Source of the DNA: a virus
Lineage: Duplodnaviria; Caudoviricetes
Length of the DNA stretch: 64,000 nt
Virus record (IMG/VR): IMGVR_UViG_3300035499_000522
Span: 72,731-136,730 of that record
Direction: 5' to 3' (one strand)
The notes beneath the pieces were generated by a model, which was given only the letters and a program-made list of their open reading frames with translations, did no database searches and was not told the origin of the DNA. How positions within the stretch are numbered: the stretch's first letter is position 1; each line of letters starts with the position of its first letter. A program made the position numbers and the translations under genes. This document shows positions 12,628-24,977 of this stretch, in pieces.

Positions 12628-12999
12628 ATGGCTGATATTAGCACAGGTACTCTTTATGAAATTAATAAAAGCATAATGGCTAAAGAGCCAATATTGACTG
12701 CAAAGCAAATAATAGAAAAAGAAAAATTGCTTGTAGAATATTTTAATGATACTTCAAAAACTTATTATATGCTTTTGAATAAAGAATTAAGTGATTATAC
12801 AGTACTTCGCTTAGCAGATAAGAATTTTATTCATTCAGGTTTTGCCGCCAAAGAAATTATTGGTTGTGCAAACAATAGAGGAAAAATTCAGGCTATTGAT
12901 AAGAATGAAAACAATGCTATTGAAATATGGATTATGATAAATAAAGAATCTTATGTATATTATTTGTTCCCATATGATGAAGGAGTAATTGAATGTTAA
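12628..12999 (+). CDS. hypothetical protein
   Basis: AAGGAG SD; operon with overlapping neighbours. Confidence 0.75.
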   Translation: MADISTGTLYEINKSIMAKEPILTAKQIIEKEKLLVEYFNDTSKTYYMLLNKELSDYTVLRLADKNFIHSGFAAKEIIGCANNRGKIQAIDKNENNAIEIWIMINKESYVYYLFPYDEGVIEC

Positions 13000-13277
13000 A
13001 AGCAGTATGTAATATAAAAACATCTACTATTAAAGATAAATTTTATATAGTTAATGAAGATAATAATGAAATTATATTTTCACAAGAATATAATTTATTA
13101 GATATTCTTGAATATACTGACTTTTTAGATATGATTCATTTGTATAATTGCAAAGAAATAAATCTATATGGAAATATGAAATATATAAAGCATCATAAAC
13201 AAAGAATACAGAGTGATTTAGATGATAGATATGGTAAAAATTCTATTGTTGTAACCGCAAGTGAGGTAAATAAATGA
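12993..13277 (+). CDS. hypothetical protein
   Basis: Overlapping start/stop; AAGGAG SD. Confidence 0.7.
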   Translation: MLKAVCNIKTSTIKDKFYIVNEDNNEIIFSQEYNLLDILEYTDFLDMIHLYNCKEINLYGNMKYIKHHKQRIQSDLDDRYGKNSIVVTASEVNK

Positions 13278-13522
13278 TTAAGCATTTGATTAAAACAACT
13301 GAAACATATAGAATAGATAATGATGAAAATGTAAAAAGCTTTTTGGAAGAGCTTAAACGTGACCCCAATTTTGAATTGGCTAAATATAGTAGTACAAAAA
13401 AAGTAGCCAAAGAAAAGGGTGAAATTGTGGATGAATGGATTCATCTTGAAGTAACCAAGATATTTGATGATGAAAAAATGCCTATGAACGATATTGAAAT
13501 TTCATATAATGCAGGAGAATAA
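13274..13522 (+). CDS. hypothetical protein
   Basis: GAGG SD; ATGA overlap. Confidence 0.7.
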   Translation: MIKHLIKTTETYRIDNDENVKSFLEELKRDPNFELAKYSSTKKVAKEKGEIVDEWIHLEVTKIFDDEKMPMNDIEISYNAGE

Positions 13523-13524
13523 AA

Positions 13525-13956
13525 ATGACTGTAAAATTTATAAAAAATCTTTCTAATGCAAAAACACCAACAAGAGGAAGTGAATATGCGGCAGGATATG
13601 ACCTTTATTCAGCTGAATCTGGTTTTGTTCCTCCTCATTCTACTAAAACCTTTAATACTGGTATTGCTATTGAATTGCCTGAGAATACTTTTGGTGGAAT
13701 ATTCGCAAGAAGCGGATTAGCAACAAAGGAAGGGCTTCGTCCAGCTAACTGTGTAGGCGTCATTGACCAAGATTATAGGGGAAATATAATCGTTGCACTT
13801 CATAATGATAGTGATGAAGTTAAGGAAGTCACAGATGGAGAAAGAATTGCTCAATTGGTAATTTTACCATATATTTCAGTAGAATTTGAAGAGGTGGATA
13901 AGCTTGAAGAAACAGCGAGAGCAGCTGGTGGATTCGGAAGCACAGGTAAAAACTAA
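13525..13956 (+). CDS. dut: trimeric dUTPase
   Basis: AGYDL, ARSGLA, GVIDQDYRG, RIAQLV, GGFGSTG. Confidence 0.95.
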   Translation: MTVKFIKNLSNAKTPTRGSEYAAGYDLYSAESGFVPPHSTKTFNTGIAIELPENTFGGIFARSGLATKEGLRPANCVGVIDQDYRGNIIVALHNDSDEVKEVTDGERIAQLVILPYISVEFEEVDKLEETARAAGGFGSTGKN

Positions 13957-14113
13957 AATTAAAAGTAAATGGGAAATTAATTGCGATGGATATTATCCTT
14001 ATTGTAGAAATTGCAATTATGAACCTGATGCTTATAGAAAGCCTCTTCCCAATATTTGTCCCAAGTGTAAAGCAGAAATGACTAATGCTAGGGAATTAAA
14101 TAAAAGTTTTTAA
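13928..14113 (+). CDS. small zinc-ribbon protein (start uncertain)
   Basis: W...YCRNC...CPKCKAEM motif. Confidence 0.55.
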   Translation: MDSEAQVKTKIKSKWEINCDGYYPYCRNCNYEPDAYRKPLPNICPKCKAEMTNARELNKSF

Positions 14114-14145
14114 TTGAATAGTCATACACAAAATCATTCATAAAT

Positions 14146-14185
14146 AAAAAATGCAGAATAGTAGGTCAGCTATTCTGCATTTTTT
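14146..14185 (+). terminator. Rho-independent terminator
   Basis: AAAAATGCAGAATAG / CTATTCTGCATTTTT inverted repeat. Confidence 0.75.
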
Positions 14186-14195
14186 CGTCTAATAA

Positions 14196-14224
14196 TTGAC
14201 TTCCTAAAATTTTTATGTTATAAT
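14196..14224 (+). promoter_or_regulatory. sigmaA-type promoter
   Basis: TTGACT-17-TATAAT with TG extension. Confidence 0.7.
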
Positions 14225-14248
14225 ACAAATATAGGAGGAAGATATTAG

Positions 14249-14746
14249 ATGATTATTTTAGCGGTAGACGCGAGTACCAAGAGTTCAGGATTTTCCGTCT
14301 TTGATAATAATAAATTAATACATTATGAATGTACAACAGCATCAAGCACTGATGTTATAAAAAGAATATATAAAATGGTAGATACTTTATCTAATTTAAT
14401 TCAATAGTATAAAGTTGAAACAGTAATAATAGAAGAAGTAAGACCAGACGCGGGCGGTAGCAACCCAAAAACTATGAAAGCTTTAATGTGGCTTTAGGCG
14501 GCAATCGCATTTAAAATACATGATGACTTTCCTAAAGTTAAAATAGAATATACATATCCAAGTGAATGGAGAAGTGCTTGTGGTATTCATACTGGCAGAG
14601 GAATAGTCAGAAGTACATTAAAAGAAGCTGATATATAGTTTGTTAAAGATATATACAATATAGAAGTAAACGATGATATAGCTGATAGTATTTGTATAGG
14701 TTATGCTTATATAAATAAATTAAATAATGAAATTAATTATGAATAA
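14249..14746 (+). CDS. ruvC: RuvC-like Holliday junction resolvase (three in-frame TAG; absent from the ORF track)
   Basis: MIILAVDASTKSSG...VIIEE...PSEWR...NDDIADSICIG carries the RNase H-fold catalytic D/E/D/D; GGAGG SD. Confidence 0.85.
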
Positions 14747-14787
14747 AAAAAAGAGGGGAAATACTATTTAAGTATTTCCCCTTATTA
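14745..14787. terminator. bidirectional terminator between convergent transcription units
   Basis: A-run, GGGGAAATACT / AGTATTTCCCC stem, T-rich tail. Confidence 0.75.
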
Positions 14788-15183
14788 TTATTTAAGCTTA
14801 CTCATTAAAGAAGATAATTTAGATTGCATCATAATTTTTTCTTCTTGAGTAGCCATTCCCGCCATTTCTTCAACTTCTTGGCATAAATTAGATAAGTAAT
14901 TATCTAAATCTTTCATCTAAATAGCTATATCTTTATGTCCTTCTTTTGATGTCACATAAGCCTTTTTAGATGCTGCTAATTCAGTGTTATGAATATGTGC
15001 AGTAGCTACAGCTGGTTCCTCTTCCATAGCTTTAACTATTGAATGATAATACATTGCTTCATCAATATCTTTAATCATATCAATAACTTCACCCATTTCT
15101 GCAGTATTAACACATTGTGGGTGCTGCATTTCTATCATTACACTATTAATTAAAGTATTTTTTATTTCTTTTAATCTTTCCAT
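14788..15183 (-). CDS. hypothetical helical protein (cassette gene 5, 131 aa)
   Basis: Extends through TAG 14917 to TAA 14788; TAATG coupling with the upstream gene. Confidence 0.75.
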
Positions 15184-15605
15184 TATGCTACCCTCTCAAC
15201 AATAAGATTAGCATTTTGTACATTGATTGTCTAAGTGCTAATATTTTTTATGCTTACTTGTACGCAACAACCTTTTGGTACTTCAATAAAAATAGAACTT
15301 CCAACATGGTTATATAAGCTAACAGCACCGGGTGTAGAAATTGCAATAGTAGAATTAACTGCTTCTCCATTTAAAGCAATAGCCACAGAAATGGCACCAG
15401 CAGTACCCGTGCTAGGTACTGCTATATTGCCATCAAAAGTGACTTTATATCTAGCTTTGCTTTGATTAGTAAGACCTCTGAGAGTTACTAAACCACTGCC
15501 CGAACGATGAAGAATAGAACAATTACCTTCAACAACAGCATTAGAAAATTGTACATCTTGATTTGCGGCAACTGGTTGAACCGCAACTGCTGTATATTCA
15601 GCCAT
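15183..15605 (-). CDS. beta-rich protein, tentatively BclA C-terminal (C1q/TNF-like) domain (cassette gene 4, 140 aa)
   Basis: Reads through TAG 15231 to ...NANLIVERVA-TAA. Pattern SGLVTL...YKVTFDGNI...VAIALNGE...VSIKN is recalled from BclA-CTD-like proteins (not searched). Confidence 0.65.
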
Positions 15606-15624
15606 TATAAAGCCCCCTTCTTAA

Positions 15625-16392
15625 TTAGCATCCACAGCCGCAATTACCATACTGATATGGTGCAGCAACCTGAAATGCAGGAACTGGAGAAGGACGAAGT
15701 GCATTAACTAAGTAAGCATTCTGCTCCTACTGTGAATTAATAAGTCTAAGACTTTGATTCTCTTGCTGCAATGTAGTAAGTTTATCCTGTACAAGGAAGT
15801 CAAGGATACTTCTTGTGTTGCAGTTATTTGCTTCGATAATATCTCTTGTAGAATTAGAAATGCCATTCTGAATAGCACAAGTATCAGTAGCCATATCATA
15901 ACGAACCTGAGCAATATTCTCTCTATTATCGCAGCAACACTGAGCAAGCTGAGCCTACAGAGCATTAGCATTCTGCATATTAGCAATGTTCATTGTATTT
16001 AAATCTTGCTGTAAAGTATTAACACTCTACTGCATACCATTATTTACGCTATTGAATCCTTGACAAAGTGAGCCTTGAATACCATTAAATCCCTAAAGAA
16101 GATTTGTATTCTGAGAATAGAAACCATCACAAATGCCAGACTGAACTCCTCTTACACTATTTTCTAATGCTTGGAAATTCATGTCCTGACACAAATCAGC
16201 TCTTGTCAAAGCACCTTGAGTAGCAGCGTTATTTCCGTTGTTACCCCAGCCATTTCCGCCCCAGCCCATGAAAACGAATAAGAACAAGATAATAATCCAC
16301 CATGCACCAGAACCTGAACCAAAGCCATCATTGTTTCTACCAGAAGCAGTAGCGATATCACTCAAACTATAACCTTCGCTTGTATTAAACAT
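15625..16392 (-). CDS. Gly/Asn/Gln-rich protein with one TM helix, QCCCD and C-terminal CGCGC (cassette gene 3, 255 aa)
   Basis: GGAGG SD; single frame with 4 TAG, ending TAA 15625; AWWIIILFLFVFMGW hydrophobic segment. Confidence 0.8.
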
Positions 16393-16432
16393 ATATTTTC
16401 CTCCTAAATAAAATAAAGCTTATTATATTATA

Positions 16433-16672
16433 TTAAAGTCCAAGAGTATTCTTGAAACTATTAAATTCTTTGTCAAAATCTAAGCCCTTTTCTTTCATCA
16501 TATTTTTAGCTATATTTTCAATACTTTTTCCGTCACCTTGTTTAGCTAATGACAAAAGATTACTCATAAAAGGATTAGATGATGCTTGCTATTCTAGCAT
16601 TTGTATAACCATCTATTGCGGGTTGCCGCAACTCCTAATCATACTAATTAATTGCATAAGATTAGTAGGCAT
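16433..16672 (-). CDS. small Met/Gln-rich helical protein (cassette gene 2, 79 aa)
   Basis: MPTNLMQLISMIRSCGNPQ(Q)MVIQMLE(Q)QASSNP...; GAGG SD; missing from the ORF track. Confidence 0.75.
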
Positions 16673-17126
16673 TTAAGTCAACCTCTTTTCGTGCGGGAAC
16701 TGATTGTTCCTAAGCAACATTAACCACTTGTTGCTATTGAGTTCCCAATAAACTATTTAATTTTGTTTCTAAATTATCAATCTTCTATAAAATTTGATTA
16801 TTTATATTATCATTCATTGTATTTGAATCTAATACTGGGGCTACAGGCTTAAATGTAACAATACTTGTAGTGCCATTATTATTCCAAGTTTTTATGTATA
16901 TTTCACTTAAATCAGCTTTTGGAAAGACTCCATAAGCACCTATGGGAACTTCCGCAACCTTAACCATATCTGCACTATCTACAATTTTACCATTAATAGT
17001 TTGCTATTGCTATTGTATCTATTGCATTATAGGGCTGATTTGCTACTATACCTAAGGCTATTGCGTCATATAATTATTATAAGGTGAATAATTAGGGTAA
17101 TAGCCAGTAGGATTATAATAAGGCAT
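16662..17126 (-). CDS. Tyr/Asn/Pro/Gln-rich N-terminal protein (cassette gene 1, 154 aa)
   Basis: AAGGAG SD; Gln tract written with mixed CAA and TAG codons; ends TAA 16662. Confidence 0.8.
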
Positions 17127-17235
17127 TATTTTTCTCTCCTTTTTTCTCTTAATATTTTTGTCATAAACTATTAAAAATTTATTCATACAATTTTCATAAC
17201 TCAGTCCAAATTTTCATAAAAATTATTTAAGATAT

Positions 17236-17274
17236 AAAAAAAGAAGGTCGCATCCATTAGGATACGACCTTTTT
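17236..17274 (-). terminator. Rho-independent terminator after the tail operon
   Basis: AAGGTCG..ATCC / GGAT..CGACCTT stem flanked by A/T runs. Confidence 0.7.
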
Positions 17275-17275
17275 A

Positions 17276-17497
17276 TTATATGTAATCTATAATTATATCT
17301 TTTGTATCTTCTTTAAAATATAAAGATTCTATATTGATATCTGACAATTCTAAAATACCATTATAGCTTAATTTTATTTCTTGTCCGTTTAAAAAAATTA
17401 CATCTCCAAATTTTGCCTAAATGCCTAAATGTTCACAATAGGTAGGAGATGAAAAAATTTCCGCCTTAGCTTTAAAATCTCCTGTAATCTATTGCAT
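17276..17497 (-). CDS. small hypothetical (tail-associated) protein, 73 aa
   Basis: ATG CAA TAG start, GGAGG SD. C-terminus (GI(Q)AK.G....NGQEI....G..EL...IIIDY) resembles the C-terminus of 19065-19655. Confidence 0.65.
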
Positions 17498-17498
17498 A

Positions 17499-19049
17499 TT
17501 ATTCCTCCGTAATAAACCATACACTGCCAATAGGCATAGACTAAAATTGTGTAGTAATATTATCAGAATCATCAGGACCTACTAAAACTCCACTTGAAGA
17601 ACTAGGAGAACCTACATAATACCATCCCACATATGCACCATTCTTCAAAGTATAATCAAAAGCATAAAGTGATTTAGTAGAAGATTCATCTCCTATTGAA
17701 ATAATTTTTCCATCTATTCCATTAGGATATTCTGTATTAAGATAAGATATTATTCCTGCATTAGTATTTAATTGTCCATTATAATCATTAGGATTAAGAT
17801 TATACTAAATATATAAACCACTATTATCTTTGATGGAACCCATATCTTCCCAATCAGAATATCCATCAATCTCTTTAGGATATGCTTTACCAGAATTAAC
17901 TACTTCTGTTCTTCTTGCTGGGTCACTATATAAAAATAATAAATGATTATCATCTGTTACTTTTGTTTTCATTATATAATTAATAGGAGTACTTATAGTT
18001 TCAGTTGTCCCATCGTTATACGCAACTTTAAATGTCTAATCTCCATTTCCTTCTTTATCACCACTATCAAAAGTAACTTTAGTAGGATATAACATTTTCT
18101 AAGTAAATTTAGTTCCATCGTTATAAGTAATTTCAAAATTGCCATCATCTTTAATCTAAACTTTATCTATCCATTTAAGTTTATATGTTACAGTATCTTC
18201 ATAAGTATATTTAATAGTTAAAGTTCCGTCATTAGCCAAAGTGATACCACTATTAGGATTTATCATATTATATGGACCTAGGTATATAGTTTTTTTATCT
18301 CCACCCGCCGCATAATCATAATAATCATATACTAATACTTCTCTTGAATTTAGAATATCATCCTACTAATCTTCATAATATTCAATATTATTATCTGCTA
18401 CTATTACTCTTAAATTCTAAATAGAATTACCTCTTGAGCCTTTCGGAATTTTCAGATTCCATTTTTCATAAAAGGGACGGCTATTTGTATTATCTCTTTT
18501 AAAAACATTTTCTTCTTCTACAGAATCAACTAATTCAGCATTAAATTCAAATACCGTATATGGAATAGTAAAACCTATATAAGCAATAGAGTTATTATTA
18601 TCTGTATCTTTTACTGTACAATAAGACCATTTTATCTAATCATTATATATTATTTTACCTGAATTATCTTCTGTTTTTCCTGCTACTAAACTATTATTAT
18701 CAAGAGAATAACTTCCACTACCAGAATCTGTTATATCAGAAGAAGAAAATTTATTTATATTATCAATAGTAGTAAGTTTTATATGAGACGCAGAACCACT
18801 TGGACCTACTATCTAGCCAATATAAATAGCACCATTAAGAGAATTACTTGAATATCCACGTCTGTATAATTTACCATTATCAGTATCATTAGTATTACTT
18901 GGACTAATCATAACATATTCATCATAACCTACTGAACAATTATCTGTACCAAAATCAGCTATCATTGCGGCAATAGATTCATATGATTTAGCTATGATAA
19001 AAGAAGCTCCACGTCTGCCGCCATAAAAGCTTGTATCTATTTCTGCCAT
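17499..19049 (-). CDS. putative tail tip/fibre protein (516 aa)
   Basis: GAGG SD; start and TAA 17499 are in frame, with TAG read as sense; located in the tail module. Confidence 0.65.
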
Positions 19050-19064
19050 TTAATTCACCTCTTA

Positions 19065-19655
19065 TTAATATTGATAATCTAAAATAAAATTATTCTCTGT
19101 TGGAATAAAACCAATAAAGTTAATATCTATATTATTCAATTCATATAAACCACTTTTATTAACTCTAATAGGCTATCCATTAATACACATAAGCTGCCCC
19201 GGTTTTGCTTGCACGCCTATTTTATTTAATGTAGAAATACTTAAAGCGTTTAAAACATTATATATTTCATATATTTCAATTTCTATATCAGAAGTAGATA
19301 AAGTAGAATCAGATGAACAAACAATATAATTATAAGAACTTAATGTAGGTTTTAAAATATTCTCATAAATAACATATTCATCATTTGTAGATTGTTTAGC
19401 AACTTTATACCCGCCTATTTTCTAGACATTAGAACTTGAATTTTCAATAGTCTATTGTAACATTACTGTTATTGACTATGTACTATTTTGTTTTTTAATT
19501 TTTATTTTAAAATAATAAGGTTTAGAAATATTAAGAAAAGTAGAAAATTTAAAAGCTATTTTGCTTCCTTCCTAATAAGGTTCTTCTAATATATTCTGCT
19601 TGGTAATATAAGAAAAGCTATTCTGTTTTCTATATTGTTCTATTTTTATACCCAT
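19065..19655 (-). CDS. hypothetical tail-module protein (196 aa)
   Basis: AAGGAG SD; in-frame ATG 19655 to TAA 19065 with internal TAG. Confidence 0.65.
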
Positions 19656-19677
19656 AATATACTCCTTTTATTCCTAA

Positions 19678-21576
19678 TTAGATTTTATCTAAAGCTTTAG
19701 TTGCGGAAATTGACATTGTATTATTTATATCAAGAGGCAAAGATATGGAATTAATCATATAATCTCCATATATATTACTTTTAACATCCTATATACCAAT
19801 TCTTGTGTTTGGTTCAAGATGATAAATAGGAATGCTCTAAATAGTAACTGTTTCATTATAATTAGTGTACTAATATAATAAATCTTTTATCATATTAAAA
19901 GCACTATTGAATGAACCACCAAGAGCAATTAAAGAATAAATATCTGAAGGCACCTATACATAATCTTGCCCTTTTTTTATACATTCTTCTCTATCTTCCG
20001 CCTATGTTTCAGAACCAATTTCTATTAATACAAGGTCTGGAATTTCTGGTTCAAATACACAATTAATACTATCATCAACAACAACCTTTGAGCGGCGACC
20101 TATATTACTTACGCTAAATTGTCCAACAGCCGCAGAAGAATCAATAAAGTCTAAAAAGAAATCTATATCATATGGATATTGCTTTACTTCATCTAAAAAG
20201 TCACCTTTTTCTAAATCATATAGCTTAGGCCACTCATTAGCAAGTTCTGTATAATAATAATTAGAGTCGGTACCAAATGGGTCAGCCATTACTCCACCTA
20301 AATACAATTCACTTCGCCAATCAGTAGTAGTAATATTAGTACCTTTTCCGCTTTCTGATACTTTAGCTTTTGTTAATCCATCATCTTCATCTTCATAAAA
20401 TTCTACATTATATGTATTTCCAGCTTTTGGTTTAGAATCAATAGCTAAATGATAACGAATTGGCAAACTTACGCCATCAGCTGTTTCTCTTGTACCCCAT
20501 ACAACAAAATCATTTTTTATCATATTAAATTGTGGTGAATTAGAATATGAAGTTATAAGATTACTATTATCAAAAGAATAAACAGTTTTTCCTTTGGTCA
20601 TATCTACCAAATAATTATTATTATTTATAGCTTTTAAATCTAAAGTAGCCTAAGTTGTATTTAAATAGTTTTTAATTTCTTGAAATACAAAATTTCCGTC
20701 TATATCATAAAAATACTCATAATTTCCTAAAGTGCTTTTAATTGTATCTAAAATATCGCAAACAGTATCTCCTGCGTCTCCTATAAGCTCGCCCGGATAA
20801 GTAAAATCTGTATAGATATATCCTATATCCATTCCTGTTGAATACATTTGATATTCTACCTCTGTGCCCGCAGGGTCATTTAATGTTGGCGTAAATTGCT
20901 CTACTCCATCTTTTACCTATCTAATAATATATAAAGGGTCTGAACCTGTCCATTTCATAACCTATTTAGAACGAGTATCTACATCACTAATAATAATTTT
21001 ACCTAACTATTCATTACCAAAATGATTTACTAATTCCTAAATAATCTAATATATAGTAGGATTATTAATTACAGAGTTTCCATCTTCATCAATATCTTCT
21101 ATTTCATGAAAAGTAACAGATGCGGGAATCACACCACCGCATTCCCCATTTAATAAACACATTTTATCTTTTAACTATAAAGAAATTGTAGTGCCAGAAG
21201 TTTCGTGAGAAATAGATTCACTAATTAAAACAAATACACCTTGCGGAAACCATATAATTGGATAATCTGTATAAAGCTAAGTGGTATTTGTAAAACCTAT
21301 TTCCAAATTAGCTTTTTTATTGATTGAAATAATCTAATTTATATCATCATAATTAGTTTCATTATCTTCAACATACATAGTAAGATTACAGGTACGACGA
21401 ATAGAAGAACTACCATCAAGATTTAAACTACCACTTGTTACTTTTCCCTAAATATCTTGGACTGGATTTTCGTTCCAATCCAAGATAGTGATTTTTACAA
21501 ATTGTTCTTTGATTTGCAATTCATCTATTGTTTTTAAGAAAGAAGAATCATTTAAATAAGGATAATTATATCTCAT
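19678..21576 (-). CDS. baseplate hub/tail protein (DUF5048-like, tentative; 632 aa)
   Basis: Joins ORF fragments 20650-20847 and 20002-20610 in one frame. GSLNLDGSSSIRRTCNL, YEYFYDIDGNFVFQEIKNY, IKNDFVVWG, IPIYHLEPNTRI. Confidence 0.7.
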
Positions 21577-24194
21577 TATTTTTCTCCTTTCTATACTTCA
21601 ATACCATATTCAATAGTAGATTCAAGTTCTTCAATATTAAGGTCAATAGCTTCAATTGAATTTATATTAACTGATGCTGTATTAGTAATTCTTGTTAATA
21701 ATCCATTAGAATTAAATGAATATAAAGTAATATCTTTATTATCATATTTCCAAACATCATCAGAAGTGGTAAATTTATTTAAATCTAATTCAGATTTTCT
21801 TAAAAATGTTCCATAAAAATAAAATTCATAAACATTTTCTTGAATTAATAAGCTACCTGTAGGTCCTATTATTGTACGTTCTGGCTTTGTATCTTCTCCA
21901 GACTAAATGTATAATACAGTACCCGGGTCTGCCTCTATCTCTAATCTTGTAATATTTATAATAGATGAATATCTTTCATCATTATCATAATTATAAGTAT
22001 CATTATCTTTTATCATCTCAACAATAGAATCTAAAGTAGTAAAAATATTTGTCCACTAAATAGGATAAATAGTTTCATAAATTACTGCTATTGCAGTAGC
22101 TTTATTTTTGCTTGGTGCGGGGGAAGCATTACTATATACTTCTACTGTAGCTTTATAATATATATTAACATCTTCCTATTGAGCAAATGTAATAGAATTA
22201 ATTTCTATTTCATCTCCACTTATTTGATAGATACCATCTTCATTAATTACAAAAGGAATTTTATCTATATAAATAATATATCCTAAATAAGTATTAGAAT
22301 CAGAAGCAGAAGCAATTGTAGGAGTTCCATTATTATCTTTAATAAGATAAGGTTTACTATTAAATGAAAATTTAATATTCTAAAAATTCTTAATAGCTGC
22401 TGTGTAACCTTCTTCAAGATTATTTTGTTCCTATTCTGTAATTAAATTAATAATATTCGTTCCTGCATTAAATATTGTAGTTCCATTATAAAATACCTAA
22501 CTATAATTTTCATAGGTATCTTCTAATTCTCCATCACTTCCGCCAGTCTAAGTGTCTGTATCTGCCATATATTCACCAAGTGACTAAATATTATAATAAT
22601 TATAATTTTCAATAGTATTATCAGCAACTTCATATGCAGTACAAGAAAAATTATAAATGTATCTATTTAAACCCTATTCAGGAGATAAACTAACATTCAT
22701 TAGTTTAACTAAGAAATTACCTTCGGTTGTAGATTTAAACAACTTAACATTATTATCATATAAGAAATCCATAACTTTTTCTCTAAATTTCTTTTCATAT
22801 AGATAATCATTATAGTTGTTTATATTTCTTTCTTCATTATATTTTACATAGTAATCTATATAATCTCCACCGAATAATTCTTCTTTAGAAGTAAAAATTT
22901 CTTCTTCATCCATCCAAAAGGAAATCAATCCGGATATTGGAAGTTCTACGTAATTAACATTACCATTTTTATTAATAAATGGATATTGAGAACCTATAGT
23001 ATCAGTTTTACTTTCTGATACCGTTCTCTTATAAGAAGAAATACTTGGATTATATTTTATTTTAAGCTAAGTATTTCCACTTACCAAAAACATATCATTA
23101 AATACGCCTAATAAAGGTTCTTCATTTAGGATTGCGGCAATACCCCTGCTGCCATTAGAATATCCCTTTTGAATAGAATACTTATATAATACGCCACTTT
23201 CTATTGTATAATCATACCAAATTCTTTCAAATTCTTCTACTTCATCAATAGGCTCAATATGTACGTCTTCCCAGACTCCAAAGTTGCTCACATCCGACGT
23301 CCGCCTTATTACTACATTACTCTATAGATTTTTACCAGATAAAGTTATCTTTACTCTTCCATTTTCTTCATCCATAGAAATTTCAGAATTAATATTAAGC
23401 TTACTATTCTAATCAAGAGAAATAGAAAAATTATATATATACTAAGCAGTATATAAATTTCTTGTTGTTATATTTAAAATAATTTTATACTTTTCGTTCT
23501 CTTTCAAATCAGTTTTAAAAGTATAGTTAATCTAATTTACATTGGTATAGCTATTACTATATAATTCATTTGTATCTAAAATTAATTTGTTTACAGAATC
23601 ATATAGTTTTATTCTATAACTTCTTAATGTTTCTTGTTCGTTTTCTTCAAATTCAACAGAGCCAATTAAACTAACTGTAGAAGAAGAGAAAACTGTACCA
23701 TTAGTTTCTCCTTCTATAAAATTCTTAATATTAACTTGCGGCGGCTCAATACCTTTAATCAAGCATACTGTTGACCATTCAGAAAATTTAGTTAAATTTT
23801 CATTAAGCCAGTTATCTATACTTTGTACTCCATCTACAAATGTAGGTGCTTCCGCAGAACTAAAACGAATCTAAACTTTATAATACTAATTAAGTTCAAA
23901 TTCTTTATTGACTAAATCTTCTTTTTTTACTTCTATATAATATTTATCATCTGTGTCTTTTGTATAATCTTCTTTTACATCAGTGACTTTTATTTGACTT
24001 AAATATATATCAGAATCTAATTCTGATTGATTAGTTTTTTGGTTATTTACTATAACCTATGCACATTTAACTTCATCTATACTATTATAAGTAGATAAAG
24101 AGAAATAAATGCGGCAACCATCTACCGCATTTTTTGCAAAGGCTGGCATATATGTATTAATAATAGGTGGATATAAATTATTAAATGTTGCCAA
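21576..24194 (-). CDS. large tail/baseplate protein (872 aa, TTG start)
   Basis: AAGGAG SD; joins fragments 23532-23762, 23067-23291 and 22674-22928 in one frame; TAATG overlap with the next gene. Confidence 0.7.
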
Positions 24195-24222
24195 TTTATT
24201 TCTCTCCTTTTATTTCTTTGTG

Positions 24223-24696
24223 TTACTCATTAGGTGGGTGTTTAGGTAAGGCTCGTATCTCTTCCATAAGCCCTTCAACAAATGAATTTCCATTTTCTTT
24301 TTGATATATACTAAATCTATATTCTAAACATTCTAAGCTATAGTCATCAATCCAATGCTAAGTATAACAAAAAAAATGATGTTTTTCTGTTATAAAAGAT
24401 TTTATATCATTTTTATCTGAAACTATTAGCATATTAATTTTCTGAGTTAATTCTTCTATTGCTGAATTAGTATTTTTTTGACTATTAGCAATTTCATTAA
24501 TTCTTTTTTCAAAATTTTCTATTTTATCTTCAATAGATTGTTTATCTTTATTTTGCTATTCTTCTTTATTAAAGATTTTCCTTAATCTATCTTTGCCCCA
24601 ATCATAAAAGCTGATAGCCCCTTTAATTGCTATAGCAAGAATAATAATAAAACTTATTATTTCTGTTATAGAATAGGCATCAAATAACTACTACAT
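24223..24696 (-). CDS. holin-like membrane protein (157 aa), begins ATG TAG TAG
   Basis: GGAGG SD; N-terminal TM (IISFIIILAIAIKGAISF), coiled coil, and C-terminal Y..ENGNSFVEGLMEEIRALP recalled from Firmicutes phage holin-like proteins. Confidence 0.6.
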
Positions 24697-24786
24697 ATTA
24701 TTACTTCCTCCTGTTTAAAAACGCCCAATAAAAATCTTATATAATATATAATAATTATATTCAAAAAATGAATTTAATTAGTCCAA

Positions 24787-24975
24787 TTAAGAATTCCATT
24801 CGATATCCCCAGTAATGTTGCTTAACTTACTGTAGATATTATTAATAACATTTTGTAAATTATCCTAATTGTTGTCTACATTCACGTCAATATTTTTTGC
24901 GTCTGCCCCAAGGGAATAAATTGTTCCTAAATTTACATTGTCTTCTTTTACTCTTATAGATTTGATTTTTTCCAT
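24787..24975 (-). CDS. small hypothetical protein (62 aa)
   Basis: GGAGG SD; one TAG; TAA 24787. Confidence 0.6.
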
Positions 24976-24977
24976 AA

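Noticed and set aside
10326-13444. Minus-strand ORFs 10326-10619, 11465-11689, 12310-12546, 12835-13023, 13193-13444
   Set aside because: Antisense shadows of well-supported genes, with no SD or motifs.
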